IMG/VR virus record: IMGVR_UViG_3300023179_000046 | Location: 38,990 to 102,989 of that record | Length of the DNA: 64,000 nt | Strand: one strand, 5' to 3' | From: a virus | In this document: positions 59,038 through 64,000 of the stretch, in pieces | Numbering within the stretch: the first letter of the stretch is position 1 | Layout: every line of letters begins with the position of its first letter | Translations under genes and position numbers: made by a program | Notes under the pieces: model-generated | Told to the model about the DNA's origin: nothing | The model's database searches: none | What the model saw: only the letters and a program-made list of their open reading frames with translations

Positions 59038-62000
59038 TTTACGTCCTTAACATAAATAGTACCATCATCTAGTTTTCCTAGAATTGGCTCACAAATAGCA
59101 CCCCGGCTCATCTTGCCCAAGGCTAGCGCATAGTTTTTCGGGAAAGCAATAGCGCGAGTTAAATTCTTTTCTGAGTCAGAAAGAATAATGTGCGCCATCA
59201 TCTTATTCTGCTTAGTCTTATACGGAACAAAGTCCACTACCGCATACTTGTCATCCTCAACAGGTATACGCTCAGCCTTTAGATATTTAACAAAATAGTC
59301 ATCTTGCTTATTAAGAATATCATCAACGCTGATATACCGATGAATTCTGTTGTCTCCAACTAAGAAAACATAAACGTTGTTCTTCTCAATTTGAGAGGTT
59401 GCTGTATGGAAAATACCAACAGATTCAGTGTCATCAACAATCTCTACTCTAGACCAACCAGCCCCGCGCTTAATTGATTTAACCATAGCCATAAACACAA
59501 AGCAACCAATCTGGTCAAAGTCGGCCAGCGGAGAAAACTGTGAACGAATGTGGGCCGGAAGATCACTATTCTCAAACTTAGGAATACCTAGATACTCATA
59601 GTAGTTCTCTGACTCGTTACCGATGCGAGGATTGTCCTCGAAAGCCGCAGCCCCGATAGCGTTCATCGCTGCGATTGCCCTAGTGTTAATGCCGCTCTTT
59701 TTCTGACGACTAACCTGTAATAAATGATTGTAGTCAGTAAATGGGCGGGCATCAATAATCTTCTGACCAATGTTATTAGAAATAAACTTAATGTTAGACA
59801 GACCAAACCTAATGGCATCCCCCTGAATACTGAATTCAAGGTCCGACTCGTTAATGTGAGGCAGAAGAATCTTAATACCAAGCCGCTTAGCCTCTAGCAA
59901 ATAGTCAGTCTTAGCATCATTATCATTCTCATTCTTTAAGAGAGCGAACATGAACTCAACAGGGTAATGGTGCTTTAGCCATGCCGTCCAGTAAGAAATC
60001 ATAGAATATGCAACAGCGTGGGATCGGTTAAACGAATATCCCGCGTGAGCCTCAAAGTCATGCCACAACTGCTCCGCAACCTCTTTAGTCACATGCTCAG
60101 AGGCACCAGTAACAAACTTTTCCTTAAACACATCAAACTCATGCACATCTTTCTTCTTACCAATGATCTTACGAATCTTATCAGCATCGCCCCAAGACAT
60201 ACCTGCCAAGTGTACGCAAGTCTGCATGACCTGCTCCTGATAGATAACCACGCCATAAGTATTAGAAAGAAATGGCTGCATGATTACATGCGGATATTCT
60301 GTTACCTCATCGCCCTTCTTACGAGCAATATACTTAACGCCTACGGTATTCATCGCACCCGGCCTGACTAGAGCATTAGACGCAACCAAATCTTCAAAGT
60401 TACTAATACCCATCTTCATCATAAGATTAGTATATGGCGTAGCCTCTGCTTGGAAAATACCCTTAGTGTAACCATTTGTTAAATCTTCGTAAACCTTTGC
60501 ATCATCTAAAGGCAGCGCATTAAGATCAATCTTTCGACCCGTCCGCAACTCAATACGCTTAATCGTATCATCAATGACAGACAAAGTTTTAAGACCAAGA
60601 ACATCTAGTTTAATCAAACCAATGTCGGCGGCTTGGTCCATATCATAAGCAACAACGGGGATGCGGCCCGTAACGTCATTAGAAGAATCTGAGCGAGTCT
60701 CCATAGGGGCATAATTTCTAATAGGCTCCTTAGCCACGATAACGCCTGCGGCGTGAACACCCGTACCTCTAATGCGACCCCTCAGGTTACTAGCCAACTC
60801 TGTAACCTCAGGATACTTCATACGGAAATCCAAAGTGGCAGCATCCGACTCAAACTGCTCAAACGTCTCAACATTTTTTAGAACCTGATTAACCTCATTC
60901 AGAGGAACCATGAATACGCGGGCAGCGTCACGAACGACACCCTTGTCCTTGAAATACTGATAGGTTGAAATAGACGCTACGTTTTTAAACTTCTTGCGAA
61001 GATAATCCTTAATTTCTCCACGACGTGTATCCATACTGTCTTGGTCAATATCAGGAAAATCGTCATTTCGAGCATCACTGATGAATCTAAAGAAAAGTAA
61101 ATCGTATTTGATAGGATCAACCTGAGTAATACCAAGCGAGTAACAAATCAAAGAGCCAGCAGCGGAACCACGACCGGGACCAATAAGAATATCCTGAGAC
61201 TTAGCCCAACTAGTCATATCCTCAACAATAAGAAAATAAGCAGCAAACTTCTTCTTGCGAATAACCTCTAGTTCTTCATTAAGCCTATCAACATAAACCT
61301 GATTAGAGTCTAGACCTAAAGCCCTTAAGCCTTCCTCGCATTTCTCCCGCAACTTATCATCAGCATTACGCTTAGGAACAGGTAGAAGATTCTTGTTTTC
61401 CACAAAGTCATAATCAGAAACACTGTCAGCAACAGCAAGAGTATTCTCATAAATATCAAAACGATCAATGCCCTGTGCCTCTAACTTATCCTTAATGTTC
61501 ATTCGACTATCAATAAAAACATCAATATCAGCAAATGAGATAGGGCGGTCAGGGTATAGGTAGTTGAACCTTTCGAACAACTCCATCTTACGAGATTCGT
61601 TAAAGTCAAACTCTTTATTGTATGAAGGCTTAGTGGATAGGATAAGGAGTGCTTCTTCCGTCCCGCGCTGATTCTCTGTAGCAAAATGACAGTCAGAGGT
61701 AACAATGGGAGGCACGCCAAACTCATCGGCAAACGCTAGCAATTCATGATTCAACTTAGCAGGATTATGAGGCTGAATCTCCATAAAGAAATTCTTGTCA
61801 AACCGATCCTTGAACCATCTAATCAATTGTTCAGCACGCGGAAGGTTTTCCCTCTCAATCGCCTTAGCGATAAGACCATTCATGCATCCAGAAAGCACGG
61901 TGATTCCATCACCATATTCATGCAATACCTCTAGGTCAATGCGGGGCTTGCGATAGAATCCTTCATTCCATGCAAGTTCTGACAATGCATGGAGGTTCTT

Positions 62001-62318
62001 AAGACCGTCCTGATCCCGCGCCAACAAAATTATGTGATTAAACACCTGAGTATTGTCATCACGTTCTTTTACAGTTCGGCGGTCAAACCTATCTGTCTCA
62101 GAAATGTATGCCTCTAGGCCAATGATAGGCTTCATGCCTAATTCCTTGGCTGACTTTTGTAATTCACGCTGAGACGAAAGCGTACCATGATCGGTAATGG
62201 CTAGAGAGGTTTGCCCTAGATCCTTCGCTGCTGATAATAATTCGTGAGGGGAGCAAAGTCCATCTAGGAGCGAGTAATGTGAGTGGGCATGTAGGTGAAC
62301 AAAATCATTCATAGCCAT
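59034..62318 (-). CDS. dnaE: DNA polymerase III alpha subunit
   Basis: PHP HLHAHSHYSLLDG, GPGRGSAAGS, FPDID.D, HAAGV, KLDVLGL, YSFNRSHA. Confidence 0.96.
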   Translation of the reverse strand: MAMNDFVHLHAHSHYSLLDGLCSPHELLSAAKDLGQTSLAITDHGTLSSQRELQKSAKELGMKPIIGLEAYISETDRFDRRTVKERDDNTQVFNHIILLARDQDGLKNLHALSELAWNEGFYRKPRIDLEVLHEYGDGITVLSGCMNGLIAKAIERENLPRAEQLIRWFKDRFDKNFFMEIQPHNPAKLNHELLAFADEFGVPPIVTSDCHFATENQRGTEEALLILSTKPSYNKEFDFNESRKMELFERFNYLYPDRPISFADIDVFIDSRMNIKDKLEAQGIDRFDIYENTLAVADSVSDYDFVENKNLLPVPKRNADDKLREKCEEGLRALGLDSNQVYVDRLNEELEVIRKKKFAAYFLIVEDMTSWAKSQDILIGPGRGSAAGSLICYSLGITQVDPIKYDLLFFRFISDARNDDFPDIDQDSMDTRRGEIKDYLRKKFKNVASISTYQYFKDKGVVRDAARVFMVPLNEVNQVLKNVETFEQFESDAATLDFRMKYPEVTELASNLRGRIRGTGVHAAGVIVAKEPIRNYAPMETRSDSSNDVTGRIPVVAYDMDQAADIGLIKLDVLGLKTLSVIDDTIKRIELRTGRKIDLNALPLDDAKVYEDLTNGYTKGIFQAEATPYTNLMMKMGISNFEDLVASNALVRPGAMNTVGVKYIARKKGDEVTEYPHVIMQPFLSNTYGVVIYQEQVMQTCVHLAGMSWGDADKIRKIIGKKKDVHEFDVFKEKFVTGASEHVTKEVAEQLWHDFEAHAGYSFNRSHAVAYSMISYWTAWLKHHYPVEFMFALLKNENDNDAKTDYLLEAKRLGIKILLPHINESDLEFSIQGDAIRFGLSNIKFISNNIGQKIIDARPFTDYNHLLQVSRQKKSGINTRAIAAMNAIGAAAFEDNPRIGNESENYYEYLGIPKFENSDLPAHIRSQFSPLADFDQIGCFVFMAMVKSIKRGAGWSRVEIVDDTESVGIFHTATSQIEKNNVYVFLVGDNRIHRYISVDDILNKQDDYFVKYLKAERIPVEDDKYAVVDFVPYKTKQNKMMAHIILSDSEKNLTRAIAFPKNYALALGKMSRGAICEPILGKLDDGTIYVKDVK

Positions 62319-62323
62319 GCCTC

Positions 62324-62533
62324 CTATTCGTGTTCTGGAATACCGTGTTCAGCATCCAACTCTTTGTGTAAAGTTTTCTTAAAAGAATTTAAGAACCTGC
62401 TAGCAATTGGTAGCAGAAGGGCAATAATAACCAAATCAAAAAATATTGTAAACCCAACCTCTGCGAGAAGGTGGGCGGGGTCAAACTGAATGTGAACGTA
62501 TTCTTCCCAAAATGTAGAACCGTGGCTTTCCAT
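62324..62533 (-). CDS. Small membrane protein
   Basis: One TM helix; RBS AGGAG. Confidence 0.65.
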   Translation of the reverse strand: MESHGSTFWEEYVHIQFDPAHLLAEVGFTIFFDLVIIALLLPIASRFLNSFKKTLHKELDAEHGIPEHE

Positions 62534-62551
62534 TCGATACTCCTAAACGTC

Positions 62552-62584
62552 AGTGGGGAGGGAACCCGACATTCCCTCCCCACA
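62552..62584 (-). terminator. Hairpin downstream of the SSB gene
   Basis: GTGGGGAGGGAA...TTCCCTCCCCAC. Confidence 0.65.
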
Positions 62585-62607
62585 CTCTATACTAACGGGG
62601 GTATTGT

Positions 62608-63285
62608 TTACCATTCCTCGCTAGTAAATGACTTGGAATCTTGTGGTGCGCTAGATGCGCCTTGCTCTAGACCTAGATAAAATGATTCCTGCTCAGCGTA
62701 AGCAATGTCACGAACAGCAGAAGTCTCTAGATCAAACAACACCGTACCGGCAGGCGTCTCAATCTTCGCAGTAGGCAGGGGGATGATGTTGTAACTGGTG
62801 TCAGTGTTACCCGAACCTGTGCGCTTAACCTGCCAAACAACATCTGTAATGCTGCCAGTCTCATTAGCATATTCAATAATTGACGGGGTAATAGACTTAG
62901 GGCCGGTGCCCTGAGAAATTACTGCAACGAATGGGGCGTCCTTGCCATTGTCAACTAGAACATTAGCGTACAGACGTGACTTACCCTTCCACCCGGCCTT
63001 AAAGTCCTTACGGTGCTGCTCGCAGCCATAACATTGACCCTGATCGTCTGCGCTGCACAACGCCTTACGCTTAAAGTTAACAGGGTTTGAGTGCTCAATT
63101 GCAATAAATGCAACTCCTGCTTCCTTGTCATAATTAGTCGAATCGGGATCTAGTTCCTGCAAAAACTTAACCTTAACCTTTTCGCCGTCACCAATCTTAA
63201 ACCATTCAACCTTAGGACCATCACCAATACTAGAACTACTGTCTAGAGTGCGGCCCATGTTCTTCAAACCTTTAACAATTCCCAT
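62608..63285 (-). CDS. gp32-like ssDNA-binding protein
   Basis: V.FLQE, H...C....C..C, R.G....T.Y, acidic tail ending EEW. Confidence 0.75.
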   Translation of the reverse strand: MGIVKGLKNMGRTLDSSSSIGDGPKVEWFKIGDGEKVKVKFLQELDPDSTNYDKEAGVAFIAIEHSNPVNFKRKALCSADDQGQCYGCEQHRKDFKAGWKGKSRLYANVLVDNGKDAPFVAVISQGTGPKSITPSIIEYANETGSITDVVWQVKRTGSGNTDTSYNIIPLPTAKIETPAGTVLFDLETSAVRDIAYAEQESFYLGLEQGASSAPQDSKSFTSEEW

Positions 63286-63350
63286 AATAAATATTCTCCA
63301 ATATGTTTTAGTCGGACGTTTCTTGCCTTGTCCTACGACAATTATACCAT

Positions 63351-64000
63351 TTAATACATTTCTAATGAAACATATTCAACATGACTTCTAGCATTTTTGA
63401 TACAGAACGCTATCTCTGCATCAGTCATATCCCCTGCATCCTTAGCATTATGAGGATAAACTTCCTTATTGCTATGCATTGCCCAAGTAACGTCCTTATT
63501 CTTCAAGGACTGAGCAATAATCATTCCCAAATCCCTGCCGGGATTGTGACCCTTACACTCAGAAGGATAACACTTACGACAATTATCCACAACGTGTTTT
63601 TGCTTGTCATCAAAGTCGGTCATAATAATAATCTTATTAAAGTATCTGTTTAGGTTTTCTATATTGTCCTTTGAAATATAGCCACCCAATGTGGCAACAA
63701 CATTCGGAAACCCTGCGCTGTGAATCCTGATCGCATCAAAAGAACTTTCACAGACAACTACCGTGCCGCCGTGCGTCTTTGCGCGATGCAAGTTAAACAA
63801 TGTTTTGGATCGCGGCAAATTGCGACTATTTTTGAAAGTCTTTTCTGCAATACCTCTACCTACCAATCCTACAGGTAAACCTTGGGGACTGTGAACCGGA
63901 ACAATAATCATGTTCTGCTTCGCTGAATACCCCAACCTAAATAATTGTATAGCATCCAAACCAATAAACCTTGACTGCAAATACTTTAACGCCTCTACAC
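63351..64000 (-). CDS. DNA primase (Toprim), 5'-truncated by the window
   Basis: GRG, LFNLH.A, VCES.FD, ATLG, MTDFD, KDAGDM. Confidence 0.9.
   Translation of the reverse strand, partial: VEALKYLQSRFIGLDAIQLFRLGYSAKQNMIIVPVHSPQGLPVGLVGRGIAEKTFKNSRNLPRSKTLFNLHRAKTHGGTVVVCESSFDAIRIHSAGFPNVVATLGGYISKDNIENLNRYFNKIIIMTDFDDKQKHVVDNCRKCYPSECKGHNPGRDLGMIIAQSLKNKDVTWAMHSNKEVYPHNAKDAGDMTDAEIAFCIKNARSHVEYVSLEMY

Noticed and set aside
1-64000. Stop-codon reassignment or a CTA suppressor tRNA
   Set aside because: Long genes translate intact in the standard code, and the 34481 loop centres on TCT rather than CTA.

Overview
A 64 kb segment of a large, relatively AT-rich actinobacteriophage (two WhiB genes, DnaE, RecA, Cas4-like nuclease, RuvC, rIIA/rIIB, class II RNR). 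Gene content and order resemble the large Streptomyces BE/BK-type siphoviruses and their uncultured freshwater relatives (recognised from memory, not searched). Minus-strand blocks carry virion genes and an intein-containing RNR (1-9.3 kb), then rII, lysis, an intein-containing terminase, a low-GC heptose/branched-sugar island and replication genes (23-64 kb). The most striking part is a plus-strand region at about 10.4-22.5 kb. It is built as about 13 modules of small genes, each opened by the same composite element: a TTGAC-N~12-GCGGGYAAGTACTTGCCCGC-N~12-TGTCAA inverted repeat, usually a CRP-like TGTGA-N6-(T)CACA box, sometimes a GGTTGCA tandem, and usually a TGTCRG-N10-TANNNT promoter matching the actinobacterial PafBC/RecA-NDp DNA-damage promoter. 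Several modules are paralogous duplicates. Also found: three tRNA or tRNA-like genes matching codons rare in high-GC hosts (UUA, AGA, AUA; two are structurally non-canonical), an unassigned structured RNA, extreme orientation-independent strand skew flanking the array, and a kgd/pepN/tRNA-Asp mosaic that is probably an assembly artefact. All protein assignments come from motif recognition by eye; no searches were run.
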